Shown: positions 1 through 11,488, counted from the stretch's first letter. The stretch: DNA of 64,000 bases from Dehalococcoidia bacterium (GCA_050185685.1 JBFWZE010000001.1:2421-66420), one strand, 5' to 3'. The notes: generated from the sequence alone by a model not told the origin. Program-made: numbers and translations.

Positions 1-2
1 AC

Positions 3-2033
<2,031 letters not shown>

Positions 2034-2050
2034 GCCCAGCTCGTAATCAC

Positions 2051-2090
2051 GAAAGGTCCGTCGGTAACACCGGCGGGCCTTTCTGTTTGT
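2051..2090 (+). terminator. Putative intrinsic terminator after the catalase gene
   Basis: Imperfect GC-rich inverted repeat gaaaggtccgtcgg/ccggcgggcctttc followed by the T-rich run tgtttgt, starting 18 nt after the catalase stop. Confidence 0.45.
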
Positions 2091-2202
2091 GGCCTGCGTC
2101 CTGGCCAGAGCCCGTGAAAGACGGGACGATGATGGGGAGCATAACGCCCCGCCCGGAACGGCGGGGCTGCGCCCGGCAAATCTCCGGCACTGGTCCAACG
2201 AC

Positions 2203-2384
2203 CGTAGCCGGGACGTCCCGTCTCGGCGGCCTTCATGGGCGCCGACACCTCCCAACGCGATCGTGAGCAGGCGGACCTTGAACCCTTAGCGTGTCGAGAC
2301 GCCCGTGCTGTTGGACCGGTGCGGTTCGTAGAGTCACCGTCTCGCGGATGGCCGCCGGGACGGGGACGTCCCGGCTACGGCGGC
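2203..2384. repeat. Pair of 19-bp inverted repeats, each containing the GGGACGTCCC palindrome, about 140 bp apart in a 500-bp convergent intergenic region
   Basis: ccgtagccgggacgtcccg (2203-2220) is the exact reverse complement of cgggacgtcccggctacgg (2362-2381). Direct repeats cttgctgcttcgcc lie at 2455 and 2497. Confidence 0.5.
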
Positions 2385-2528
2385 GGGGGCTTCGTTGAGG
2401 GAGGCACAGGCGTAGCCCCGGCGTTCAGGCCGGGGCGTCAGATTCTCCTCTGCCTTGCTGCTTCGCCACGGCCCCGTCTCGGCGGCAGACGGCAGGCTTG
2501 CTGCTTCGCCGTCGTCCCTCGCCGGCCG

Positions 2529-3737
2529 CTAGAGCACGTCAAGCGCTTGCGGCGCATTCGCCCGGTACTCGGCCCAGCTGTCCGCCGCCATGTATTCGTC
2601 CCAGCAGCGGTACATCCAGAGTTGCGTGTGCTCCGTCATCTTCGCGTCGATGCGGGGCGGCTTGCCCTCCTCGTGCACGATCTGGCCCCGGTTCAGGTTC
2701 ATCGCGTAGTTGAACGGGTAGCGGCGGTTGACGAGACTCTCGGTGCCGCGCGTGCAGTCCATCCAGTTCTCGCCGTCCTCGATGCCGAAGAAGCCGGCAG
2801 CGCCGAGGTGGTGGTTCTGGCGCATCCGGGTGCGCGCCGTCTTCTCTTCGTCCCACTCTTTGCCGTAGAAGCTGAAGCGCCAGAGCTCGGTGACGCCGGG
2901 GCCCTTCGGCATGCGCATCTCGATCTCGAAGCTGTTGAAGAAGACGTTGGGGAACAGGCTGCGCGCCGAGTCCGCCATCGTGCAGTGGCCGAACTCCGAG
3001 AGGTAGATCGCGCGCACCGGGTTCGGGTCGGCGTTCGGGTTCTGCGGAGGCCCACCGTACTCCGCCCGCGCCATCTTCGGCGACGCGTGGGTGATGATCA
3101 CGTGGTAGAAGTCCCAGTTGTTGTCGTGCGCCAGCTTCCAGTTCGCCGGCATCGAGTACTTCGAGACGCCGCCCCAGCACTGCATGTCGCCCTGGTCGGC
3201 GAACCCGTCGATGCCCTGGCGGCCGGCGGCGTCGAGGAAGTCGAAAAGGCTCGGCGAATCCGGGTCCATGGTCGCGAAGATCAGGCCGCGGTAGCTGTCG
3301 ACCTTCGCCGCCTTGATCAGGCCCCAGTTCTCGCGGTCGAGCTCCTCGTGGTAGACCTCTTTGAAGCCGGGGACACCGACGAGCGCGCCTTTGAGGTCGT
3401 AGGTCCAGCCGTGGTAGGTGCACATGAAGCTCGTCGCATGGCCTTCCTCGGCGCGGCAGACGGCATTGCCGCGGTGACGGCAGCTGTTCACGAGCACCTG
3501 CGGCTGCATGTCGTTGTCTCGCACGACGATGACCCTGTCTTCGCCGATGAAGGTCATGAAGAAGTCGCCGGGGTTCGGGATCTGACTGTCGTGGCACATG
3601 AAGTTCCAGCAGCGGGCGAAGATCCGTTCGAGCTCCTGCTGGTAGATCGCCTCGTCGGAGAAGATGATGCGGTCGACGAGCCCGCGCTGGGCGTCGACGT
3701 ACGTGGGCTTGCCGCTCGACCGGGTCACTGAGGCCAT
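2529..3737 (-). CDS. Rieske non-heme iron ring-hydroxylating oxygenase, alpha subunit (paralog 1)
   Basis: Rieske motif CRHRG...17 aa...CTYHGW and mononuclear Fe ligands DNNWDFYH...THAS. GGAGGAG ribosome-binding site 6 nt before the ATG at 3737. Confidence 0.85.
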   Translation of the reverse strand: MASVTRSSGKPTYVDAQRGLVDRIIFSDEAIYQQELERIFARCWNFMCHDSQIPNPGDFFMTFIGEDRVIVVRDNDMQPQVLVNSCRHRGNAVCRAEEGHATSFMCTYHGWTYDLKGALVGVPGFKEVYHEELDRENWGLIKAAKVDSYRGLIFATMDPDSPSLFDFLDAAGRQGIDGFADQGDMQCWGGVSKYSMPANWKLAHDNNWDFYHVIITHASPKMARAEYGGPPQNPNADPNPVRAIYLSEFGHCTMADSARSLFPNVFFNSFEIEMRMPKGPGVTELWRFSFYGKEWDEEKTARTRMRQNHHLGAAGFFGIEDGENWMDCTRGTESLVNRRYPFNYAMNLNRGQIVHEEGKPPRIDAKMTEHTQLWMYRCWDEYMAADSWAEYRANAPQALDVL

Positions 3738-3864
3738 GGGAGCTCCTCCGAAGGTGGATATCTGCCACTCGATGCTGACAATCGTAAGAGTGGTGTCAAC
3801 CGACCGGTAGGACTGAAGTCACAGCGTTCAGGCGCAGTAGACTTCCGGTCATGAGGAGTGCCGG

Positions 3865-6561
3865 ATGACCGCCCCGCTTCTGGAGACAAAGCTCTACCTG
3901 CCCCGGCGGAGCCGAAGCCTCGTGCCGCGGTCACGGCTTATCGACCGCCTCAACCGCGGCGCAGAGGCCAAGGTTATCCTCGTCTCCGCGCCTGCCGGCT
4001 TCGGCAAGACCACTCTGCTGGCCGACTGGCTTGCTGCCGCCTCCGAGACGCGGTCGGTGGCATGGCTGTCGCTCGACCAGCACGACAACAACGCGGCGGT
4101 CTTCTGGACATACGTCATTGCGGCGCTGCAGACCGTGGCGCCCGAGGCCGGCGCTTCCACAATGGCTCTGCTGCAGTCACCGCAGCCGCCGTCGATCGAT
4201 GCGATCCTGCCGCCGCTGCTGAACGAGCTGGGTGGCGCCGGTAACGAGGTCCTGCTGGTGCTCGACGACTACCACGTGATCGAAGACCCGGAGATCCAGG
4301 CCGGCGTCGGGTTCCTCGTCGAGCACCTGCCGCCACGTCTGCACCTCGTCATCGCCAGCCGGGCCGATCCGGCACTGCCCCTCGCCCGTCTCCGCGCACG
4401 CGGTGAGCTCACAGAGCTGCGCGCTGCCGACCTGCGATTCCGGCCCGAAGAAGCCGCGGCCTACCTCAACGAAGTCATGGGGCTCGAGCTGACTGCAGAC
4501 GACATCGCGGCTCTCGAGGCTCGTACCGAGGGCTGGATCGCCGCTCTCCAGCTCGCCGCGCTTTCGATGCAGGGGCGCGAGGATGTCAGCGGCTTTATCG
4601 CGGGTTTCACCGGGGATGACCGCTACATCGTCGACTACCTGGTCGAGGAGGTGCTGCAGCGTCAGCCCGCACCGGTCCGCGAATTCCTGCTGCAGACCGC
4701 GATCCTCGACCGGCTGTGCGGCCCGCTCTGCGATGCAGTCACCGGCCACGAAGGCGGTCAAACGATGCTCGAGGCGCTGGAGCGGGGCAATGTCTTCGTC
4801 GTCCATCTCGATGACCGCCGGCGCTGGTACCGCTACCACCACCTCTTCGCCGACGTGCTGCGTGCCCACCTGATCGATGAGCAGCCCGACCGCGTCCACG
4901 ACCTCCACCGTCGAGCGAGCGCCTGGTTCGAGCAGAACGGTGAGCGGCCGGAAGCGATCCGCCACGCGCTCGCAGCGGAGGACTTCGGCGGGGCGGCAGA
5001 CCTCATCGAGCTGTCGCTGTCGGCGTTGCTGAGTCAGCGGCAGGAGGCGCCCGTGCGCGAGTGGCTGCGGCGCATCCCGGCAGACGTGATCCGCGTTCGA
5101 CCGGTCCTCGGCGTCGGATACGTCGGGGTGTTGCTGCAAAGCGGCGACCTGCCGGCTGCTGAGCGCCAGCTGGCCGAAGTTGAGCGCCAGCTTGCGTCCA
5201 CAGCATCAGGGCAGTCCATCTACCAGGACGAGGTCGAGTTTCGCCGGCTCCCTGGCCAGGTGTCGATTTACCGGTCGGCATTCGCTCGGCTGACCGGCAA
5301 TCTGCCAGACACGGTGAGATACGCCCAGGCGGCGCTCGATGTCATGTCGGAGGACGACATCCAGGGGCGAGGCGCGGCACTATCGTTGCTCGGCCTCGCG
5401 TTGTGGGCCACAGGCGACATCGCGAACGGACGCAGGACGTTCGCGGAGGGCATCGCCCTCGTCCAGCGCGCCGGCTACGTCCCGGATTCGCTCTCCGGCA
5501 GCATCGCCATCGCGGAGATGTCGACGGCGCTGGGTCATCTCAACGAGGCGCTGCAGGTGCTCGAGCGGTCACTGAGCCTGGCATCCGAGCACGGCCCTCC
5601 GGCGCCCCTCGGCACCGCAGATGTCCACGTCGCGATCAGCGAGGTCTACCGCGAACGCAACGACCTGGACGCGGCGTTGGAGCACCTGGCGACGAGCAGG
5701 GAGCTCGGCGAAACTGCGGCTCTGCGCGAGAACCGCTATCGCTGGTTCGTCGCGATGGCGGGCGTCGAGACCGCGACAGGGCACTACGGGGAGGCTCTGG
5801 ACTTGCTTAGGCAGGCCGAAGCGCTCTACAGCCCCGGCTTCAACGCGGACACGCGTCCGATCGCGGCACTGCGGGCGAGGGTCTGGCTCATGCAGGGCAA
5901 GGTCGCCGACGCCCTCGCCTGGGCACGAGAGCGTGGACTCACCATCGAAGACGATGCTGTCTACGCCCGGGAGTTCGAGCACCTCACGCTGGTCAATGCA
6001 CTGCTCGCCCAGGCCGGAGCGGATGGCGATGCAACGCGTGACGTGCTCGCGTTCCTCGAGCGCCTCCTCCAAGCCGCCGAGGCGAACGGCCGCAACGGCA
6101 GCGTCGTCCAGGTCCTCGTCCTGCAGGCGCTGGCTCACCGGGCGGCGGGCGATATGCCTGCCGCGCTGCAGTCGCTGCGGCGGGCGTTGAGCCTCGCTGA
6201 GGTTGAGGGCTACGTCCGCGTCTTCGTCGATGAGCGCGCGCCGATGGCTGCGCTGCTCGAAGCGGCAGTGCAGCGCGGGATAGCGGTGTCCTACGCGCGG
6301 CGTCTCCTCGACGCGTTCGGTGTTGTAGACGAGAAGCCGTCGACCGCTTCGGCCTCGACAGCGCCTCAGCAGCTTCTGAGCGAGCGGGAGCTCGACGTGT
6401 TGCGCCTGCTTCGGGGCGACCTCGACGGCCCCGAGATCGCGCGGGAGCTCGTCGTGTCATTGAATACGATGCGCACCCATACGAAGAGCATCTACTCGAA
6501 GCTTGGCGTCAGCACACGGCGGGCGGCGGTGCGTCGCGCCGAAGAGCTCAATCTGATCTGA
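3865..6561 (+). CDS. LAL-family (MalT-like) large ATP-binding LuxR transcriptional regulator
   Basis: N-terminal P-loop [11 protein letters not shown], central TPR-like region, and C-terminal LuxR HTH (LSERELDVLRLL...VSLNTMRTHTKSIYSKLGV). AGGAG ribosome-binding site before the ATG. Confidence 0.85.
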   Translation: MTAPLLETKLYLPRRSRSLVPRSRLIDRLNRGAEAKVILVSAPAGFGKTTLLADWLAAASETRSVAWLSLDQHDNNAAVFWTYVIAALQTVAPEAGASTMALLQSPQPPSIDAILPPLLNELGGAGNEVLLVLDDYHVIEDPEIQAGVGFLVEHLPPRLHLVIASRADPALPLARLRARGELTELRAADLRFRPEEAAAYLNEVMGLELTADDIAALEARTEGWIAALQLAALSMQGREDVSGFIAGFTGDDRYIVDYLVEEVLQRQPAPVREFLLQTAILDRLCGPLCDAVTGHEGGQTMLEALERGNVFVVHLDDRRRWYRYHHLFADVLRAHLIDEQPDRVHDLHRRASAWFEQNGERPEAIRHALAAEDFGGAADLIELSLSALLSQRQEAPVREWLRRIPADVIRVRPVLGVGYVGVLLQSGDLPAAERQLAEVERQLASTASGQSIYQDEVEFRRLPGQVSIYRSAFARLTGNLPDTVRYAQAALDVMSEDDIQGRGAALSLLGLALWATGDIANGRRTFAEGIALVQRAGYVPDSLSGSIAIAEMSTALGHLNEALQVLERSLSLASEHGPPAPLGTADVHVAISEVYRERNDLDAALEHLATSRELGETAALRENRYRWFVAMAGVETATGHYGEALDLLRQAEALYSPGFNADTRPIAALRARVWLMQGKVADALAWARERGLTIEDDAVYAREFEHLTLVNALLAQAGADGDATRDVLAFLERLLQAAEANGRNGSVVQVLVLQALAHRAAGDMPAALQSLRRALSLAEVEGYVRVFVDERAPMAALLEAAVQRGIAVSYARRLLDAFGVVDEKPSTASASTAPQQLLSERELDVLRLLRGDLDGPEIARELVVSLNTMRTHTKSIYSKLGVSTRRAAVRRAEELNLI

Positions 6562-6721
6562 CGCAACGGCTCGTGAAGCCGCCATGCGCGGCTCGATCTC
6601 ACCATCTGCCTCGCTCAAAGAATCACCACCTCAATCACCACATGTGGTGAAGCCACCTCACCATGCCCGCTTCTATCTTCCAATCACGGCCAACGAGGCC
6701 AGGACGCAGAAGGAGACAGCG

Positions 6722-7801
6722 ATGAGCAACAGGGAGGGGAATGAGCGACGAGACGCATCGAACGCCGACAACGACCAGGCCGGGCAGTACGAAATCCGTC
6801 TCCAAGGGCATCTCGATTCGCGATGGTCCACCTGGTTCGACGGCCTGACCATCGACCGTCAGAGCAACGGAAGCACCGTCATTAGAGGCCATGTAGCGGA
6901 CCAGGCGGCGCTGCACGGATTGCTTCAGAGGATCCGCGACCTTGGCGTGGAGCTCGTCTCAGTGAACCGCCTCAAGTCCGACTGGCAAGGTCAGCGCCAA
7001 AGCGGCACGGCTGACACCAGATTCAGAGAATTGAAGGGAACAACGGCAATGAACGCAAGCATCGCAATGAAATCCGCCACCCGCACGAACCAGCGAACCC
7101 AGGTCGACTCAACTAGGAAGATTTCCCTGGTTGCCGGCATCTTCTTCCTTCTCACGTTCGTCCACGTGGGCATCCTTTTCCTCTACGAGGACGTACTCAA
7201 CGACACCGCCTTCATCCTCGGCGCCGGCAGTGACACGCCGGTCCGTATCGGGGCAATACTCGACCTGCTGACTGGCTTCTTCGGCATCGCGACCGGCGTC
7301 ATCCTGTTCCAGGTCCTCCGGCGCCAGAACCTCGCCGTTGCGCTCGGCTATGCCGCCGTCCGCACATTCGAAGCGATGATGATCGCCGTCGGTACCCTCT
7401 GTCTGCTCGCCATCGTTACCCTCCGCGACTCCGGCGCCACCGGCGCTGACGCCGCCAACCTGACCTCCATCGGTAGTGCCCTCGTCGCCGTCCGCGACTG
7501 GACCTTCGTCTTCGGCCCCGGCCTCTGCGCCGGCCTCGGCAACGGCCTGCTCCTCGGCTACCTCATGTTCCGCTCCGGCCTGGTGCCGCGGAAGATGGCG
7601 CTCCTCGGAGTCATCGGTGGCCCCCTTTCTCTCATCGGTCTGACCTTCGTCCTCTTCGGCCAGTGGGAGCAGGATGCGCCCCAGCAGTTCCTCTTCACGA
7701 TGGGCGAAATCGCCTGGGAGCTGAGCCTCAGCCTCTGGCTCATCATCAAGGGCTTCAACCGCTCGCCGATTACCGAGGCGATGAACGCAGAAGCCAACTA
7801 G
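6722..7801 (+). CDS. Hypothetical protein. An N-terminal soluble domain of about 110 aa is continuous with a C-terminal DUF4386-like polytopic membrane domain. An internal RBS and ATG at 7049 could give a stand-alone membrane protein.
   Basis: AGGAGA ribosome-binding site before the ATG at 6722. There is no stop until 7801. The C-terminal half contains four to five hydrophobic helices with the DUF4386-like motif TRKISLVAGIFFLL. A second GAAGGGA ribosome-binding site lies 9 nt before an in-frame ATG at 7049. Confidence 0.5.
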   Translation: MSNREGNERRDASNADNDQAGQYEIRLQGHLDSRWSTWFDGLTIDRQSNGSTVIRGHVADQAALHGLLQRIRDLGVELVSVNRLKSDWQGQRQSGTADTRFRELKGTTAMNASIAMKSATRTNQRTQVDSTRKISLVAGIFFLLTFVHVGILFLYEDVLNDTAFILGAGSDTPVRIGAILDLLTGFFGIATGVILFQVLRRQNLAVALGYAAVRTFEAMMIAVGTLCLLAIVTLRDSGATGADAANLTSIGSALVAVRDWTFVFGPGLCAGLGNGLLLGYLMFRSGLVPRKMALLGVIGGPLSLIGLTFVLFGQWEQDAPQQFLFTMGEIAWELSLSLWLIIKGFNRSPITEAMNAEAN

Positions 7802-7827
7802 CACCGACCCGACTCAGCCCGAATCAA

Positions 7828-7862
7828 AGGGAGCCCGGACAACCGGGCTCTCTTTGCGTTGT
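7828..7862 (+). terminator. Rho-independent terminator
   Basis: Perfect 8-bp stem gagcccgg-acaa-ccgggctc followed by tctttgcgttgtt, 27 nt after the stop at 7801. Confidence 0.6.
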
Positions 7863-7942
7863 TCGCGGCACGGCGTTGACAGCACCAGTTCGCCTCTCGA
7901 TGATCGCCGCGGTTCGAAGGTAACGAGAGAGGCGAGGCAGAG

Positions 7943-8356
7943 ATGGAACTGACCTACGAGGACGCAACGAGGGCCCTGAACGCGGCGCTGGCGAAAGCGC
8001 AGGAGATCGGCGTCGGCCTTTCGGTCGCAGTCGTCGACGCGGCGGGCAACCCGGTCGCCCTGGCGCGAATGACCGGCGCGCGGCGGGGCACCACCTCCTT
8101 CGCCTGCCAGGGCAAAGCGATGGTCGCGGCGATCTGGGGCGTCCCCAGCGCCGACGTTGCTGCCCGCATGGGAGCCGGCGGCCCAATCGCCGAGCACGCC
8201 CAGAGCCTCTACGGGCACCGGCTGCTCTTCCTCGGCGGCGGCCTGCCCCTCAAGTCCGGAGACGAGGTCGTTGGCGCGATCGCTGCCAGCGGCGGTACCG
8301 GTGAGCAGGACCTTCAGGTCGCCACAGCTGGCGTCGAGGCGTTCGACCGGGGCTAG
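7943..8356 (+). CDS. GlcG/HbpS-like heme-binding protein (DUF336)
   Basis: About 137 aa with the typical DUF336 pattern VAVVDAAGNPVALARMTGA...GGGLPL...VVGAIAASGGTGEQD. Confidence 0.7.
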   Translation: MELTYEDATRALNAALAKAQEIGVGLSVAVVDAAGNPVALARMTGARRGTTSFACQGKAMVAAIWGVPSADVAARMGAGGPIAEHAQSLYGHRLLFLGGGLPLKSGDEVVGAIAASGGTGEQDLQVATAGVEAFDRG

Positions 8357-9627
8357 GCGACGGCCACCGGCTCCGGCCGGCTCTGGCGCATCAGGATCAA
8401 TGTCGCACCGGCCGCGACCGCTGCAAGGGCGCCCATCAGCATGAACGCGACCTCGTAGCTGCCGGCGATGTCGAAGATCACGCCGCCAGCGAGGGCGCCG
8501 AGCCCGCCGCCGACCTGGTGCACCATCAGGATGAAGCTGCTGATCGTCCCGAGGTGGCGGTAGCCGAAGAGGTCGCGCGCGAAGACCGAGACCAGCGGCG
8601 CCGTAATCGGCAGCGTGAACGCGAACATCAGGCCGAACAGGTAGACCGCCACCTCCGACTGCGTCGCGATCACCATCCCGAAGATGACGACGCGCAACAG
8701 GAAGCAGAGCATCGTCGCCGCGCTGGCGCCGATGCGGTGGGCGATCGCGCCGGCCGCAAGCACCCCTGTCATCGCCAGGACGCCCATCACTGCGAGCAGC
8801 TGGCCCGCGGCACTCTGGCTCACGCCCTGGTCGGTGGCGAAGGCGACGAGGTGGGTGGTAACGAAGGTGTCGTGGAAGCCGCAGATGACATAGACGGCGG
8901 TTAGCGCCCAGAGCGAACGGTTCGTCGCGAAGGACCGCAGCGTCACCGGCGCTTCGACTGCTGCCGCCTCGACCGATGCGGCCGAGCCGCCCGTGATCCG
9001 AGGCGTGCGCGCGGCCGGCACCATCGTGACGACCAGAGGGACGACCGTCAGGAGGAAGACAAGGCCTGCTGCTGTGAACGCGGCCCGCCAGCCAAGGTCG
9101 TCGAGGAACGTCGCGATCAGGCCGATGAGGACGAGCTGTCCGAGGCTGCTGCCCGACTGCGCGACGGCGTTCGCCATGCCGTGGCCGCGCTGGAACCAGC
9201 GGCTGATCATGACCTGCACCGGAAGCAGCGCCGTGCCCGGGTTCGCCAGCGGGAAGGCGACGCCGTAGAGCAGGAAGAGCTGCCACGGCGTCTGCACGAA
9301 GCCGAGGAGCACGAGGCTGAGGCCTGAGACCAGCGTCGCGACAAGCATGACGAGGCGCAGGCTGTAGCGGTCGAGCAGGCGCCCCGTCACCAGCAGCGAA
9401 GGCGCCGCTACGACCGTCGAAATCGTGACGACGAGCGAGAGGGTGCCGCGGCTGATGTCGAGGTCCTCGCTCATCGGCTTCAAGACGAGGCCGAAGATCG
9501 CGAGACGCCCACCGCCGGCGAAGAGGATCAGGAAGCCGCCGGCGAGGACCACCCAGCGGGGGTCGACAATGCGGGGTCGGGCGGCCGGTGCCGGCTGTTC
9601 GGTCGGTGCTTCTGACATGCGCGGCAA
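8353..9627 (-). CDS. MFS transporter (oxalate/formate-antiporter-like family)
   Basis: 424 aa with 12 predicted hydrophobic helices. The conserved N-terminal LKPMSEDLDIS motif is shared with the three other MFS paralogs in the window. Confidence 0.8.
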   Translation of the reverse strand: MPRMSEAPTEQPAPAARPRIVDPRWVVLAGGFLILFAGGGRLAIFGLVLKPMSEDLDISRGTLSLVVTISTVVAAPSLLVTGRLLDRYSLRLVMLVATLVSGLSLVLLGFVQTPWQLFLLYGVAFPLANPGTALLPVQVMISRWFQRGHGMANAVAQSGSSLGQLVLIGLIATFLDDLGWRAAFTAAGLVFLLTVVPLVVTMVPAARTPRITGGSAASVEAAAVEAPVTLRSFATNRSLWALTAVYVICGFHDTFVTTHLVAFATDQGVSQSAAGQLLAVMGVLAMTGVLAAGAIAHRIGASAATMLCFLLRVVIFGMVIATQSEVAVYLFGLMFAFTLPITAPLVSVFARDLFGYRHLGTISSFILMVHQVGGGLGALAGGVIFDIAGSYEVAFMLMGALAAVAAGATLILMRQSRPEPVAVA

Positions 9628-9743
9628 TCGTGAGGGGACGCCGCGACCGCGTCAATTGTTTCCTGAGCGTAATTTCAGGTTGTTGAGGGCCTGATGAGAC
9701 GGGCGTATTGTTGCCTCGTCGTTCGGGAGGTCGAAAGCAGGCG

Positions 9744-11054
9744 ATGTCGTACAGCGCTGACGCGATCCGGGGCATGGTAGACGTCGAGAACGGTCTGATC
9801 GACCGGCGCCTCTTCGGCGACGAGGCGCTGTATCAGCTCGAGCTGGAGCGCATCTTCGCCCGCTGCTGGCTCTTCCTCGCCCACGAGTCCGAGATCCCGA
9901 ACCCAAACGACTTCATTACTACCTATATGGGCGAAGACCCGGTCCTCGTCACCCGAGACAAGAATGGCAAGGTCGGCGCCTTCCTGAACGTCTGCCGGCA
10001 CCGCGGCTCCCGCGTCTGTCTCGCCGACCACGGCAACCAGGCGACGTTCTCCTGCAATTACCACGCCTGGGCCTACGCTTCCGACGGCAGGCTCGAGGCG
10101 GTTCCGCAGCTCGAACGCTGGTACGGCGGCCTCGACCTGAAGGACTGGGGCCTCTATCCCGTCGCCCAGCTCGATACCTACCAGGGCCTCATCTTCGCGA
10201 CCTTCGATGCCGAAGCGCCGCCGCTGCTCGACTACCTGGGTGACTTCACCTGGTACATCGACTCATGGCTCGACCGGCGCGAGGGTGGTTCGGAGGTCGT
10301 CGGCCACGTGCGACGCTGGGTGCTCGACACGAACTGGAAGGTGGCGGCCGAGAACTTCATCGGCGACGGCTACCACGGCTACGCCACGCACCAGTCGGCG
10401 ATGAACGTCGGCGCCGGCGGCGGTGCGCGACCGACAGACCGGTCGACGGGGCAACAGGTCGCGACGCGGTACGGTCACGGCGTCGGCGGCGCGTTCATCA
10501 CCGACCCCTCGATCAGCGCGATGTCGTACGCGCGTCTGCCCGGCCTCGATCCGGTGCTCGACGCCTATACGCGGGAGACGCTGGCAGAGACGCGCGAGCG
10601 CCTGGGACCGAAGGCAGACCTCTTCATCTCGATCCACGGCAGCATCTTCCCGAACTTCTCCTTCCAGCCGAACTTCGCGTCGATGCACGTCTGGCACCCG
10701 CGCGGCCCGGGCCGCATCGAGGTGCGCGATTACGCCATCGTCGACAAAGCGGCGCCGCAGGAGGTCAAGGACCGCATCGCCTGGCACTGCATGTACCGCC
10801 AGGGCCCGGCCGGCACCTGGGAGCAGGATGACTCCGACAACTGGCAGCAGGTCACCGACGCGGCCCGCGGGACGATCGCGAAGCGCGTGCCGATGAACTA
10901 CATGATGGGCCTGGGCGAGCGCATCCAGCACGACGAGATGCCGGGCTCATTCGCGATCGGCGCCGACCACAACCAGCGCAACATGTACCGCTGGTGGAGC
11001 GAGTACATGACGATGCACAGCTGGCGCGACCTCGCCTACCTGACCGGCCGCTGA
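9744..11054 (+). CDS. Rieske non-heme iron ring-hydroxylating oxygenase, alpha subunit (paralog 2, NdoB-like)
   Basis: CRHRGSRVC...CNYHAWAY Rieske motif and Fe ligands [12 protein letters not shown]. Start is uncertain: the ATG at 9744 has a GGGAGG 13 nt upstream, and the ORF is open from a TTG at 9708. Confidence 0.8.
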   Translation: MSYSADAIRGMVDVENGLIDRRLFGDEALYQLELERIFARCWLFLAHESEIPNPNDFITTYMGEDPVLVTRDKNGKVGAFLNVCRHRGSRVCLADHGNQATFSCNYHAWAYASDGRLEAVPQLERWYGGLDLKDWGLYPVAQLDTYQGLIFATFDAEAPPLLDYLGDFTWYIDSWLDRREGGSEVVGHVRRWVLDTNWKVAAENFIGDGYHGYATHQSAMNVGAGGGARPTDRSTGQQVATRYGHGVGGAFITDPSISAMSYARLPGLDPVLDAYTRETLAETRERLGPKADLFISIHGSIFPNFSFQPNFASMHVWHPRGPGRIEVRDYAIVDKAAPQEVKDRIAWHCMYRQGPAGTWEQDDSDNWQQVTDAARGTIAKRVPMNYMMGLGERIQHDEMPGSFAIGADHNQRNMYRWWSEYMTMHSWRDLAYLTGR

Positions 11055-11056
11055 GG

Positions 11057-11488
11057 CTAGCGCGCCGGCCGCATCCAGGTCTCGCCGAGGACGACGAATG
11101 CGCTGGTGCCCTGCCACTCGCCGAAGGGCTGGGGCTTTGGGCTGCCGCCGGCCTCGACGCCGTTGAGGGCAACGGTCATCTGCCGCGCCGAGACGTAGAC
11201 CGCGTAGTGGCCGTGACCGCCGAGGGCCTCCGGGACCGGCGCGTGGACGCTGGCGAACGCGGGCATGAAGTCGCTCCAGCTGCAGACGAGCTGGTCGGCG
11301 CCGGCCTCGACGCTGATCGTCAAGGTTGAGCTCAGGTCCCCTCTGGACGAGAACGTTGCTTCGGTGACGGTCGAGTCCGGATTGGTCCCATCGAGCGGGA
11401 TCTCGTCGCGTATCCACTGCGCGAGCTTCGGGTTGTCGGTGTAGATCCGGACCGCGCCGCCGGTGAGCTCGGCGCCCTGGAAGAACAT
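11057..11488 (-). CDS. Hypothetical protein. A possible N-terminal extension is interrupted by an in-frame TGA.
   Basis: 143-aa ORF tail-to-tail with Rieske paralog 2. The same frame is open a further 120 nt upstream, back to an ATG at 11634, and is interrupted only by a TGA at 11527-11529. Confidence 0.4.
   Translation of the reverse strand: MFFQGAELTGGAVRIYTDNPKLAQWIRDEIPLDGTNPDSTVTEATFSSRGDLSSTLTISVEAGADQLVCSWSDFMPAFASVHAPVPEALGGHGHYAVYVSARQMTVALNGVEAGGSPKPQPFGEWQGTSAFVVLGETWMRPAR

Noticed and set aside
2235-3731. 498-aa ORF on the plus strand, rich in Arg, Ala and Val
   Set aside because: It is antisense to Rieske oxygenase paralog 1. Its low-complexity composition is typical of shadow ORFs in high-GC DNA. 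It has no RBS or motif.
3865-6561. Possibility that the two LAL regulators (3865-6561 and 45032-47689) are a recent duplication, like the Rieske N-terminal domains
   Set aside because: Their DNA is only about 60% identical across sampled regions. They are therefore old paralogs. The recent event is confined to the Rieske domain segment.
7814-9775. 653-aa ORF on the minus strand, rich in Arg, Pro and Gly
   Set aside because: It overlaps the GlcG and MFS genes in an alternative frame. The GC-rich shadow ORF has no domain signal.
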